A DNA stretch of 64,000 nucleotides from Candidatus Kaiserbacteria bacterium RIFCSPLOWO2_01_FULL_45_25 (GTDB lineage Bacteria; Patescibacteriota; Minisyncoccia; Phycocordibacterales; UBA918). The translations under genes were made by a program, and so were the position numbers. The notes beneath the pieces were generated by a model. The model was not told the origin of the DNA and searched no databases. It saw only the letters and a list, made by a program, of their open reading frames with translations. Below are positions 1 to 9,426 of this stretch, piece after piece. The DNA is taken from positions 6,672-70,671 of the forward strand of contig MFLT01000003.1 in the NCBI GenBank assembly GCA_001781415.1, read 5' to 3'. Positions within the stretch are counted from its first letter, which is position 1. Each line of letters begins with the position of its first letter.

Positions 1-1
1 C

Positions 2-436
2 AAGCGCGCTTCCCTACCAGCCGGCACCAAACCGGAAGATGTGACGCTCGAGTTAGCGCTCAAGTTCCTCACACTACCGCGTGAACTTGGACTTCACCCT
101 ACTACCGGCGAGCCAGTCATGGCCAACACTGGACAGTACGGACCATACATCGCCCACGCTGGCGACTTCCGTTCACTTAAGGGTGGAGACGATCCATACA
201 CCATCACCTTTGACCGGGCAATGGAAATATACAAAGAACCAAAAGGGACTCGTAAGGGTGAGAAGCTTATCAAGGAACTTGGTATCCACCCAACTACCCG
301 TAAACTGGTAAACGTCTTTGAATCAAAGTCAGGACGCTACCTCAAGAAGGGATTCAAACGAATCAGCATCCCCGACCAGGTCAGTACTGATGACCTCACC
401 ATAGAAATCGCCGTTGACCTCCTAAAACAAGGTTAA
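2..436 (+). CDS. topA: DNA topoisomerase I, C-terminal part (5' truncated by window)
   Basis: Open frame from base 2. TopA C-terminal repeats: LPRELGLHP..G+YGPYI, ITFDRAMEI, LTIEIAVDLL. Confidence 0.85.
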   Translation, partial: KRASLPAGTKPEDVTLELALKFLTLPRELGLHPTTGEPVMANTGQYGPYIAHAGDFRSLKGGDDPYTITFDRAMEIYKEPKGTRKGEKLIKELGIHPTTRKLVNVFESKSGRYLKKGFKRISIPDQVSTDDLTIEIAVDLLKQG

Positions 437-544
437 GACCGCTTAAAACCACACGCCACTGGCATGTGGTTTTTTGTTGATACACCCCTGGGTCTCTAAC
501 TTAATAAACTTGTTATTTTGAGTGCGGGGTCATACAATAAAAAT

Positions 545-2104
545 ATGACAGCCAGAGATATCATCGTCCTCATGCAGAAACCCAGTGATGCCGATAAGGC
601 ACTCATTGAACAAGCCTTTGACCTAGCCGAAAAAGCCCACGCTGGACACAAGCGTTACTCAGGCGAACCATACCTCAATCACCTCACTGCCGTCGGCGCC
701 AAGCTCGCTGAGATGGGTATGGGCGCACGCACCATTGCGGCCGGTCTCCTTCATGACACCATTGAAGACACAGACGTCACAGCCGAAACCGTACGTGAGC
801 AGTTTGGTGAAGAAGTGCTGTTCTTGGTTGAAGGCGTGACCAAGTTGAGTTCCGTTCGCTACTACGGATCAGACCGTCACAACGAAAGTCTGCGCAAACT
901 ATTTGTGGCGACGAGTCAGGACATTCGCGTGCTTATTATCAAGCTGGCTGACCGTCTCCATAACATGCAGACCCTCAACCACGTACCAGCTGAGAAGCAG
1001 CTGCGTATCGCGCGAGAGACGCTAGAAATTTATGTACCAGTTGCTCACCGTCTTGGTATGGGTCGGGTACGCAAGGAGCTAGAAGACCTAGCCTTCCCGT
1101 ACGTCTATCCTGAGGAGTATGACCGAGTAAGTAAACTCCTCCAAGCCAAAGCTGGTAAATCAAATGAACTTCTAGAACGTGAACGCAAAGTACTGCAAAA
1201 GCGTCTAGCGGAAATTGGTTTACTTGATTTTAAAACCTCATACCGCGTCAAAGGACTGTTTAGCCTTTTCCATAAACTTAAGCGTAAGGAATGGGACATC
1301 ACGGCTGTGTATGACCTCCTCGCCATGCGAGTGGTAGTACCAACTGTCGAAGACTGTTACCGTACGCTTGGCATTATTCACAAACTTTGGCGCCCACTAC
1401 CAGGACGCGTAAAGGATTACATTGCCTTTCCAAAACCAAACGGCTACCAATCACTCCATACGACGGTAGCGACCCCAAACGGTGTAATCTTGGAAATCCA
1501 AATTCGGACCGAGCGTATGCACCATGAGTCTGAGTTTGGTGTGGCCTCACACATCAGTTACAAAGAAGTAGTAATTGACGGCAAGCCAGCTGAGGGACAA
1601 TCACGCTTCTCCAGTCTCATTCCTTCCCTCTTCAGACCATTTAGTAAACCAAAGGAAGAGAAAGCAGAAATTAAAGAGACCAAAGCCGCTCCCCACCGCG
1701 ACAAAATCCCTCGCTGGATTGCCCAGATTGGTCAGACTCACACCAAAGACAAATCAACTACGGCAGAATTCGTAGCTGACGCTCAGACCGACTTCTTCAG
1801 TAACCGTATCTTCGTGTTTACGCCAGTTGGTGACGTGGTCGACCTTCCGGTTGGCGCTACGCCAGTCGATTTCGCCTATGCCATTCACTCTGAAGTGGGA
1901 GACCACATCTTTGGGGTAAAGGTAAACAAGAAGCTAGTTCAGCTCGATAGTGAACTTAAGAACGGTGATATTGTTGAAATCGAAACTCGAAAATCAAATA
2001 AGCCAACGGCTAAGTGGCTGACGTTTGTAAAAACCTCACTCGCCCGCAGGCGTATTAAAGCCGCTCTAGAAATTAAAGAAAAAGAAGGCGGAAGTAATAA
2101 ATAA
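545..2104 (+). CDS. rel: RelA/SpoT (Rel) (p)ppGpp synthetase/hydrolase: HD + SYNTH + TGS, no C-terminal ACT domain
   Basis: R.SGEPY, LLHDTIED, KLADRLHNM, KPNGYQSLHT, EIQIRT and TGS motif TPVDFAYAIH. ATG 545 follows TACAAT. Confidence 0.92.
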   Translation: MTARDIIVLMQKPSDADKALIEQAFDLAEKAHAGHKRYSGEPYLNHLTAVGAKLAEMGMGARTIAAGLLHDTIEDTDVTAETVREQFGEEVLFLVEGVTKLSSVRYYGSDRHNESLRKLFVATSQDIRVLIIKLADRLHNMQTLNHVPAEKQLRIARETLEIYVPVAHRLGMGRVRKELEDLAFPYVYPEEYDRVSKLLQAKAGKSNELLERERKVLQKRLAEIGLLDFKTSYRVKGLFSLFHKLKRKEWDITAVYDLLAMRVVVPTVEDCYRTLGIIHKLWRPLPGRVKDYIAFPKPNGYQSLHTTVATPNGVILEIQIRTERMHHESEFGVASHISYKEVVIDGKPAEGQSRFSSLIPSLFRPFSKPKEEKAEIKETKAAPHRDKIPRWIAQIGQTHTKDKSTTAEFVADAQTDFFSNRIFVFTPVGDVVDLPVGATPVDFAYAIHSEVGDHIFGVKVNKKLVQLDSELKNGDIVEIETRKSNKPTAKWLTFVKTSLARRRIKAALEIKEKEGGSNK

Positions 2105-2105
2105 C

Positions 2106-2138
2106 AAAAAGGCCGGGAGCGTAGCTCCCGGCCTTTTT
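2106..2138. terminator. Bidirectional intrinsic terminator between rel and parB
   Basis: AAAAAGGCCGGGAGC-GTA-GCTCCCGGCCTTTTT between convergent genes. Confidence 0.8.
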
Positions 2139-2161
2139 ATATTTGAGATAAGTTCTAAAAT

Positions 2162-3571
2162 CTAGACTCCAAAATTTCTAATCGAATACAATCCACTTTC
2201 GTCTTCATCCTTTGGGACCGGAGCCGGTGTTGGTTCTGGAGTTGGTGCCGGTGGCATTACTGGAGCTGGTGCCGGTGGCATTACTGGAGCTGGTGCTTCA
2301 GCTACTGGTGGTACCATCACATCACGCTCTACCAAGTATGGATTTGGTACTGCAGGAGCAGCGTATGACTGCACATCGTGTGGCAGTGGTGAGGCTGGTA
2401 CTGGAGTTGGTGCATACTCCTGAATTGGAGCTGGAGCGGGTGTGTATACCTGTGGCTCAACTGGTCGTTGTACTGGCTCTGGCGAAGGAGTAGGCATAGC
2501 TGAATGATTTCCAACCGGCCCAGCAGTAAACGTCGGAGCAAAGGTCGACATTGGTGTTGGTTCAGGAGTTGACGGCGCCGCTTCTGCAACCGGCTCTACT
2601 GGAGACACTTCAGTCAACACCTCCTCGTCTGTGACATCAGCCGCTTCACGACCAGTATCATCCTCGGCTACTTCAAGTGGCGTGTGGGTAGTTAGAGTCG
2701 CCATGGCTGCCGCTGGAGCTACTACGGCCTGCTCTACCTTCATCCGTGTCAGCATGCCTTCAAGATCATCTACTGAGAAGTAATCAATAGTTAGGCGTCC
2801 ACCGTAATCAGTCTTTTGAATCTGTACACGAGTACCGAGTGTCTCCATAAACTTCTTTTCAATTTCGATAAGCTCAGCATCAAATTCACCTGGGTGCTTC
2901 TTGCGGACTTTATCAGTCGCAATCTTGCGCACAATGCGTTCAACTTCACGCACTGATAACTTCTTCATAAGAATCTCACGGAAGACTACGTCCTGTTCTT
3001 CTGGACGATCGTTAAGCATAAGGAGTGTGCGAGCATGACCTTCGGTCATCTCAGCTTGGCGGAGTGCGCTGAGCATGTAGTCTGGAAGAGCAAGGAGACG
3101 AATCGAGTTTGAGACGTACTCACGACTTCGTCCTACCTTCTTAGCTACTTGAGTGTGTGAGAGACCAAACACATCAGCCAGCTGGCGAAATGCTAGTGCT
3201 CGATCAACTGCGTTGAGGTCTTCACGCTGCAAGTTTTCAATAATCGCCAACTCCAACTTCTCTTGCTCAGTATCTTCACCGTCACGAATAATCACTGGTA
3301 CTTGTGACAGTCCAGCTAGCTTACTCGCTCGTAGACGGCGCTCACCAGCAATGAGCTCGTATTCTGTGTAGAACGTACCATCTTCACGTTGAATCTCTTT
3401 TCGTGTTACCGTGAGCGGCTGCAAAATTCCGTACATTCGTACCGATTCAGACAACTCCCGTAATTTTTGTTCATCAAACTCTCTCCGTGGTTGAAACGGA
3501 TTTGGAACAATTTTCTCAACCTCTACCCAAAATATTGAATCTCCCTGAAATGCCATAGAAAAAACTGCCAA
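2162..3571 (-). CDS. parB: ParB/Spo0J partition protein with long Pro/Ala-rich tail
   Basis: PNPFQPRREF, GILQPL, LIAGERRLRA, IENLQREDLN and an HTH; low-complexity C-terminus. Confidence 0.93.
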   Translation of the reverse strand: MAVFSMAFQGDSIFWVEVEKIVPNPFQPRREFDEQKLRELSESVRMYGILQPLTVTRKEIQREDGTFYTEYELIAGERRLRASKLAGLSQVPVIIRDGEDTEQEKLELAIIENLQREDLNAVDRALAFRQLADVFGLSHTQVAKKVGRSREYVSNSIRLLALPDYMLSALRQAEMTEGHARTLLMLNDRPEEQDVVFREILMKKLSVREVERIVRKIATDKVRKKHPGEFDAELIEIEKKFMETLGTRVQIQKTDYGGRLTIDYFSVDDLEGMLTRMKVEQAVVAPAAAMATLTTHTPLEVAEDDTGREAADVTDEEVLTEVSPVEPVAEAAPSTPEPTPMSTFAPTFTAGPVGNHSAMPTPSPEPVQRPVEPQVYTPAPAPIQEYAPTPVPASPLPHDVQSYAAPAVPNPYLVERDVMVPPVAEAPAPVMPPAPAPVMPPAPTPEPTPAPVPKDEDESGLYSIRNFGV

Positions 3572-3699
3572 TAATTACCTCCACAAAGCTCCCGCTCTGT
3601 CTTAATTAACATTCTATCACACCCCTCCCAGGTACACTGTTTATAACTTTTCAATTATCTGGTAGACTGTTGCGCACTGCTTACATAAGCATAAATATT

Positions 3700-3781
3700 G
3701 CCTCGGTGGCGGAATTGGTATACGCGCACGACTCAAAATCGTGTATCGCAAGGTGTGAGGGTTCGACCCCCTCCCGAGGCA
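3700..3781 (+). tRNA. tRNA-Leu(CAA)
   Basis: Cloverleaf GCCTCGG..CCGAGGC; anticodon arm CACGA-CTCAAAA-TCGTG; long variable arm; TTCGA T-loop. Confidence 0.95.
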
Positions 3782-4021
3782 CAGAAAATGACCACTCCTT
3801 TCAGGAGTGGTCATTTTGTGCCTCGGGAGCAAGCAAATAATTTTGCTTGCGTAGGGGGTCGAAAACCGCAGCGATGCCGTAGGCGAGCGAGGTGGGGTCG
3901 AGAGTACTTAGCAGAATCTGAGCTTGCGAAAGATTATGCTTAGTAACTCGTGACCGACCCATCTCCAATTATATATCTGTGACCGACCCCTGTCTTTCCA
4001 CCACCTGACCGACCCATCTCC
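3782..4021 (+). repeat. tRNA fold-back array (Leu-CAA locus): hairpin, inverted tRNA 3' end, family-A core, direct T-arm fragments
   Basis: GTGCCTCGGG[25-nt hairpin 3828-3852]AGGGGGTCGAA is the exact reverse complement of the tRNA 3' end. Core at 3864-3955, then TGACCGACCC three times. Confidence 0.85.
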
Positions 4022-4101
4022 AGCCCAACCCAACAAGACAAACAAAAAACCCGCCGAAGCAAAGTTTTTTGCTTAGCGGGCTGGTTTCAGCCTTTTTCAT
4101 C

Positions 4102-4314
4102 TTACTTCTTCATTGCGGCAATTTTTTCTTGCATATCTATGCCGATGGCGCCAATGAGCGTGAAGCAAGCCACGACACCAAAAAATATGGCGCCGAGAGC
4201 AACGTACACAACCACCGTGAAATTGCTCGGGTTGTGATATATGCCCAAAACAGAGATAAAAAACAACGCAATGGACACTGCAGCGGAAATGACAAATGCG
4301 AGGGGGTGGAACAT
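4102..4314 (-). CDS. Small 2-TM membrane protein (stand-alone cassette)
   Basis: TTGACA-17-TATTGT promoter, GGAG SD, ATG 4314, two hydrophobic helices, terminator at about 4045-4080. Confidence 0.65.
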   Translation of the reverse strand: MFHPLAFVISAAVSIALFFISVLGIYHNPSNFTVVVYVALGAIFFGVVACFTLIGAIGIDMQEKIAAMKK

Positions 4315-4452
4315 GGATTTTCTCCAGTTGATTGAACTGTTTACAACAATAGCACATTTACGCACCATTGTCAATGTTAACGCCATAATTTATCTAACAA
4401 AAATCCCCGCCTAACAAAAGTTGGCGGGTGACGGCTTGAGGAACAGGGCTCT

Positions 4453-4545
4453 TTAGAAGAGCCTTACGACCGCCATCAGAATGGCTGGTACCAGCAAGCT
4501 GGCGGCAGCAATCATTTGGGGGCGGACGGAAGCGAGAAAGGACAC
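4453..4545 (-). CDS. 30-aa hydrophobic peptide MSFLASVRPQMIAAASLLVPAILMAVVRLF (not in ORF track)
   Basis: TTGACA-17-TATCGT promoter, AGGAG SD, GTG start, TAA stop and its own terminator. Confidence 0.55.
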   Translation of the reverse strand: MSFLASVRPQMIAAASLLVPAILMAVVRLF

Positions 4546-4631
4546 GTTATTCTCCTGGTTGTTGAGCGACTCACACGATACCATCCATATTTATAAGTGT
4601 CAATTTTGGTCAGGTGTGCTATATTCCCCCT

Positions 4632-5531
4632 ATGTCAAAGCCCAAAGTCATTGTAATTCTCGGACCAACCGCGTCTGGAAAGACTGCGCTATCTATCGAA
4701 CTCGCCAAACTCGTTGACGGCGAGGTGATTTCGGCTGACTCCCGCCAAGTATACAAAGGCCTCGATATCGGTTCAGGCAAAGTAACTGAGGCAGAGATGC
4801 AGGGCATCCCCCACCATCTCATTGATATCGCCAACCCAGAACAACGTTACAGTGGAGCGGACTTCGTCAATGATGCCAAGGCCGCTATCGCAGACATTGT
4901 ATCTCGCGGCAAAGTACCTATCATTGCTGGTGGTACCTTCTTCTACACCGACCTCCTCCGTGGCCGACTCCAGACAGCGAGTGTGCCACCGAACCTCCCC
5001 CTCCAAGCTGAGTTAGAGAAACTATCTACAGAAGAACTATTGGCGAAACTTGAAGCGGCCGACCCAATCCGGGCGGCCAATATCGAACAAGGTAACCGAC
5101 GAAGACTTGTCCGCGCTCTTGAGATAGTTGCTACATTAGGGCACGTACCTGTACCAGAGACTCCAGATAGTGAATTTGATTTCTTGGTCTTTGGTATCAA
5201 AATTGATCGAGAGACTTTGTACAAGCGAATTGAGATTCGCCTCCATGACCGCCTAGAGAACGGTATGCAAGAAGAAGTAACTAATCTTCTAACTAATGGC
5301 GTTGATCCGCAGCGCCTGATTGATTTTGGACTAGAATACCGCTACCTCACCCTACGCCAACATGAGACGTTAACTTATGAAGAAATGGTTGAACAGCTAT
5401 TTGCCAAACTTCGGCAGTTTGCCAAGCGGCAATTGACTTGGCTCAAGCGTGACGAGGAGATTATCTGGAAAGAATTTCCAGTCAAAGGAACTGACCTCCT
5501 ACCTGAAACGGAAGCTTTTCTTAAGAAGTAA
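4632..5531 (+). CDS. miaA: tRNA dimethylallyltransferase
   Basis: GPTASGKT, ISADSRQVYKGLDIGSGK, PHHLID, RQFAKRQLTW. Confidence 0.97.
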   Translation: MSKPKVIVILGPTASGKTALSIELAKLVDGEVISADSRQVYKGLDIGSGKVTEAEMQGIPHHLIDIANPEQRYSGADFVNDAKAAIADIVSRGKVPIIAGGTFFYTDLLRGRLQTASVPPNLPLQAELEKLSTEELLAKLEAADPIRAANIEQGNRRRLVRALEIVATLGHVPVPETPDSEFDFLVFGIKIDRETLYKRIEIRLHDRLENGMQEEVTNLLTNGVDPQRLIDFGLEYRYLTLRQHETLTYEEMVEQLFAKLRQFAKRQLTWLKRDEEIIWKEFPVKGTDLLPETEAFLKK

Positions 5532-5641
5532 CCTCCCCCGAGCAAAGTTGCCAAATCGTCCCCTTTCCCCTACTATTACACCACTCTACTATTTGGTAGA
5601 GTACTAGAGTCACAATTGGTGACTAAAAAAACAATACGTAA

Positions 5642-5712
5642 GGGCCTATAGTTCAGTGGTAGAATGCCGGTTTCCAAAACCGTTGACCGGGGTTCGAATC
5701 CTCGTGGGCCCG
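5642..5712 (+). tRNA. tRNA-Trp(CCA), C27.U43 mismatch
   Basis: GGGCCTA..TGGGCCC acceptor; anticodon arm CCGGT-TTCCAAA-ACCGT; TTCGAAT T-loop. Confidence 0.93.
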
Positions 5713-5988
5713 CAAAATGAAAAACCAAAGCGTCAAGCTTTGGTTTTTCTAATTTTGCGATGGCCCACGAGGATTCGAAAGACGGAGCCGGGGACCCTTT
5801 GGGCCGGCGAGTCCGGGGAGAAAGTTCTTAACGAGCTTGCGAGTTTAGAAACTTGACCCCGAATCATCGTGGGATTAAATAGAACAAATATACTTAGTAA
5901 CTCGTGACCGCATGCGGGCCTCGCGGCACCTGCTAGATTGTGAGCATAGCGAGACAATATAACTTGGTGACCGTCAGGACGAATCCTC
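5713..5988 (+). repeat. tRNA fold-back array (Trp locus)
   Basis: Inverted copy GGCCCACGAGGATTCGAA at about 5762-5779; core variants; direct copies CGAATCATCGTGGG (5860) and CGAATCCTC (5980). Confidence 0.8.
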
Positions 5989-6049
5989 ATAAACTTAACA
6001 AAACAAAAACCGCCTCAAGGCGGTTTTTGTTTTGTCAGGCACGCAGTCC

Positions 6050-6403
6050 TTAGAAACTACCGCGACGCCAGAGCAGATAAACTAGTGTAGCAATAGCTAT
6101 CCCAGCTAGTGGAACTGCCCACATAGCTGCATTCCACGCAGTGGAGTCAGTTGTTGCCAACAAAGCACTTTCTTCCCTACCCTGGACGACCGTACCTTGA
6201 ATCTGTCCACTACTTTGACCAGTAGCTTGCGCTGTTACTTCACCATCTATGACCGCTTCTTCATCTGTTCCAGTTGCAGAAGAAGAGCCGTCCGAAGACA
6301 ATGAACCAGTAACCTCTGAAGCAACAGCCAAATGAACAGCACTCAAAAGTGACGCTATGACTAGAAGGAGGAGTACTACAGAGTTGTTACGAATATTAGT
6401 CAT
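6050..6403 (-). CDS. Small exported protein with C-terminal membrane anchor
   Basis: Signal peptide, Ser/Thr/Gly-rich body, C-terminal TM followed by RR. Confidence 0.7.
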   Translation of the reverse strand: MTNIRNNSVVLLLLVIASLLSAVHLAVASEVTGSLSSDGSSSATGTDEEAVIDGEVTAQATGQSSGQIQGTVVQGREESALLATTDSTAWNAAMWAVPLAGIAIATLVYLLWRRGSF

Positions 6404-6409
6404 ATTCGA

Positions 6410-7453
6410 TTAAGGAAGGGTGCGTACACCATAGTTGGTGCTATATGTACCATTATAGGTACCAGACGGTACAGCTACCTCAACCAACACTTGTACCTGT
6501 AGGCCTTCCTCATCCTCATTAAGGTCTCCAGTCATGGTAAGTTCAGGAGTAGAGTAGGTGTCAGCAGCACTTAGTGTTACCACTAGATTAGAATCACTAG
6601 CTTGGTCTGACGAAATTCGCATATTGCCAGCCACCGGAAGAATATGGTCATTGCCAGACTGTGTCCAATCAGCAAACTTCATAGCTAAATCTGTTTCATC
6701 AGTTGGCACGGTGATATTGAACAAATATCGCCAACCATCAGCAAACTGTCCATTAGCCACAGCCGTGGTCTTTAGAGCTTCAATTGACGTAACCTCCAAT
6801 TCACCCGGATCTTCGTCAGAGGCCCCGCCAGTTACTTGGCCACTGATACTACCTGAGGTGGTGGCAGTGTCTGTATCATCATCGTCACAAGTTTCGTTCC
6901 AAACGATAACGTATTGATCTGATGTGAGGTTAGTAAATGACGGTGTGGTGGTAGACACAGTAGCCGCGGCGGCAGCGGCACTAGTTGTACCAACTGAGTA
7001 ACCAACTAGCACGTAGGGTGTATCATCATCACAAATAGCAGCGACGATATCACCATCAAGCACTTCACTCGTGCTGTAGTCTGCCCCGACTTCCATTTCA
7101 GAAGTTACAGCTTGGTAGTCTGGGGTGGTGGCGGTTGATAGCGAATAGGCACCACTTCCCTCACCAATACCATCTGGGTCATCCCAGGATGCTGTCATTG
7201 GAAAAGCATTACCGTCCGCGCTTTCACTAGTAGCTAATTCACCATCAATATACTTTTGGATGGTGACAGTGACAGTTGATTCATCATCATCGTCATCATT
7301 ATTACCCTGAGCATGGGCGTGGTGCTCACCCCACGGCCACCAAAACGCACTAGCATTATTAGGTGAGAACATCATGCCCGACATAATAATACTCATGGCG
7401 AGTATTAATGTTCCAAATCCAATCATTCTATTTTTTATTGTTGCTTGTTTCAT
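6410..7453 (-). CDS. Secreted acidic Thr/Asp-rich surface protein
   Basis: Signal peptide ending ASA; beta-rich acidic domains; 347-aa ORF. Confidence 0.75.
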   Translation of the reverse strand: MKQATIKNRMIGFGTLILAMSIIMSGMMFSPNNASAFWWPWGEHHAHAQGNNDDDDDESTVTVTIQKYIDGELATSESADGNAFPMTASWDDPDGIGEGSGAYSLSTATTPDYQAVTSEMEVGADYSTSEVLDGDIVAAICDDDTPYVLVGYSVGTTSAAAAAATVSTTTPSFTNLTSDQYVIVWNETCDDDDTDTATTSGSISGQVTGGASDEDPGELEVTSIEALKTTAVANGQFADGWRYLFNITVPTDETDLAMKFADWTQSGNDHILPVAGNMRISSDQASDSNLVVTLSAADTYSTPELTMTGDLNEDEEGLQVQVLVEVAVPSGTYNGTYSTNYGVRTLP

Positions 7454-7564
7454 AATCTTTTATAATTTATACAGTTAATTATTAGTAAATATGTAAGCGG
7501 TCTATAAGACGCGGCAAAAATCATGCGCTTTATAAACCATGTGTACATACTAATGAAAGTGAGG

Positions 7565-7678
7565 TTAAGAAAGCGTGAAGTATTGGCCACGATAATATTC
7601 AGACTTTAATTTTGGCTCTAAATAAGACAATAGTAATAATTGAAGAAGAGACTGTATAACTTCTTCATCTTAACTTCA
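7565..7678. promoter_or_regulatory. Putative OmpR-family operator pairs (CTT[C/A]A-N6-CTT[C/A]A) in divergent promoter region
   Basis: 11-bp-spaced pentamer pairs at 7565/7576 (minus) and 7663/7674 (plus), each upstream of a -10-like box; a third pair at 9443/9454. Confidence 0.45.
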
Positions 7679-7703
7679 TGTTTGTGTGAGAGTATAGATA
7701 TAT

Positions 7704-8375
7704 ATGAGAATCCTACTAGTTGAAGATGAACAACGATTGGCAGATTCACTTAAGCACGGGCTTGAGCAGAGTGGTTATGTAGTTGACCATTTCGCTGAGG
7801 GTCTACCCGCCGTTGATCGCCTGTCTTTATATAGAAACGAATATGACATTGTCATCCTCGACCTCATGCTGCCTGATATTGATGGACACACCATCTGCAA
7901 AACTGTTCGGGGCTTAGGCGTTACCCTACCAATACTAATTTTAACCGCCAGAGGAGAAACGGAAGACAAGGTTCTATTACTACAAAGCGGCGCTGATGAC
8001 TACATGGTAAAACCATTTGCGTTTAGTGAGCTACTCGCTCGCCTCCAAGCACTCTTGCGTCGTCCAGACGAGACCGTACCGAATGTATTATCAGTTGGTC
8101 AATTTACTCTTAATACTGCCACCCATACAATCTTTCGCTTTGAAGAAAAACTCCCACTGACTCTAAAAGAATTTATGTTGCTTGAATACTTCATGCGGCA
8201 TCCCAACCAAGTAATTGTTCGAGATGATATAATTGATCATGCTTGGAACTTTGACTTTTCGTCATTGAGTAACACTGTGGACGTTCACGTAAAGAACTTA
8301 CGTAAAAAAATAGGCACCGATGGAAATAAAATCATCAAAACAGTTCGAGGGGTCGGCTACCAGTTTGTGGGGTAA
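7704..8375 (+). CDS. OmpR/PhoB-family response regulator
   Basis: MRILLVEDE, ILDLMLPDIDG, GADDYMVKPF and wHTH VDVHVKNLRKK..TVRGVGY. Confidence 0.95.
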   Translation: MRILLVEDEQRLADSLKHGLEQSGYVVDHFAEGLPAVDRLSLYRNEYDIVILDLMLPDIDGHTICKTVRGLGVTLPILILTARGETEDKVLLLQSGADDYMVKPFAFSELLARLQALLRRPDETVPNVLSVGQFTLNTATHTIFRFEEKLPLTLKEFMLLEYFMRHPNQVIVRDDIIDHAWNFDFSSLSNTVDVHVKNLRKKIGTDGNKIIKTVRGVGYQFVG

Positions 8376-9426
8376 ATACCGCACCGACCTCTTCTTTAGG
8401 ACCACTTGCCACATTATTGTCCTGCAAGTAGTTTTTACTGTGATTGTGGTTATTGCTCTTTGGTTTGTTATGGACCTACTAATGAGAGACACAACTGAGG
8501 CACTGATGAGTACCTTTACCCAAATGCTGCAAGGTCAATCAGTGACTCCAGACAACGTAAGGGCCAGTATTGAAGATGTGCGCACTAATCATTTTTTACC
8601 GACAATGGTAATCAGTACTGCTCTCATGCTGTGCTTTGGATTTATTATTGTCTACGTAGCCTTGACCCCGACCCGTCGTTCAATGGAAAGACAAAAGCGG
8701 TTCATCAGCAATATTGCCCATGAACTACGAACTCCCCTGGCGGTCATACAAACCAATACAGATGTGGCACTCCTAAATAGTGACGTTCCGGCCAGACTTC
8801 GCCAAACCCTACAAAACAACAGTCAGGAGATAAGTCGAATTTCAGAAATCATGAACAATCTGCTCAGCCTCAGTAATTTCATGAGGAATGAGCAATTAAA
8901 ATTTGAAGACGTTGATCTGAGTGTTGTGGTGCAGCGGGTACTCGATACTCTAGAGGAAACCTCAAATCATAAAGACATCACTCTGGCCCTAAAGACCCAC
9001 ACCAATCAGGCTGTTCTTGGTAACGCTGTGGCGCTAGAGCAAGTGGTATTTAATCTAGTAAAAAATGCCATCACTCACACGCAGGCTCGTGGCCTAATAA
9101 CCATAGAAATTGAACCCTCTACTGATGGCAAATACATAGATTTAGCAGTTTCTGATTCCGGTAGTGGTATTGCTCGCAGTGATTTATTTCATATTTTTGA
9201 GCCATTCTATAGAGCACGTACTGCTCCAAAAAATGGTGGCAAAGGACTTGGTCTAGCCATTGTAAATGAAATTGTACAAATGCACCGTGGAAAAATAAAA
9301 ATACGGAGCACAGAAGGACAAGGGACCAAAGTCATTGTTTCAATCCTGCAAAGTACCCGAGAAATTACCTCAAAGGGTGACACTGAGGAACTGTCTATGG
9401 ATTTTTCACACAGAATATTGCAGTAG
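8320..9426 (+). CDS. Sensor histidine kinase (2 TM, HisKA, HATPase)
   Basis: H-box IAHELRTPL, N-box NLVKNAI, DSGSGI, FEPFYR, GLGLAIV. Confidence 0.95.
   Translation: MEIKSSKQFEGSATSLWGKYRTDLFFRTTCHIIVLQVVFTVIVVIALWFVMDLLMRDTTEALMSTFTQMLQGQSVTPDNVRASIEDVRTNHFLPTMVISTALMLCFGFIIVYVALTPTRRSMERQKRFISNIAHELRTPLAVIQTNTDVALLNSDVPARLRQTLQNNSQEISRISEIMNNLLSLSNFMRNEQLKFEDVDLSVVVQRVLDTLEETSNHKDITLALKTHTNQAVLGNAVALEQVVFNLVKNAITHTQARGLITIEIEPSTDGKYIDLAVSDSGSGIARSDLFHIFEPFYRARTAPKNGGKGLGLAIVNEIVQMHRGKIKIRSTEGQGTKVIVSILQSTREITSKGDTEELSMDFSHRILQ

Noticed and set aside
3782-4021. tRNA-linked repeats as a CRISPR array
   Set aside because: There are no regularly spaced identical repeats with unique spacers and no cas genes; the repeats are tRNA-derived and alternate in orientation.
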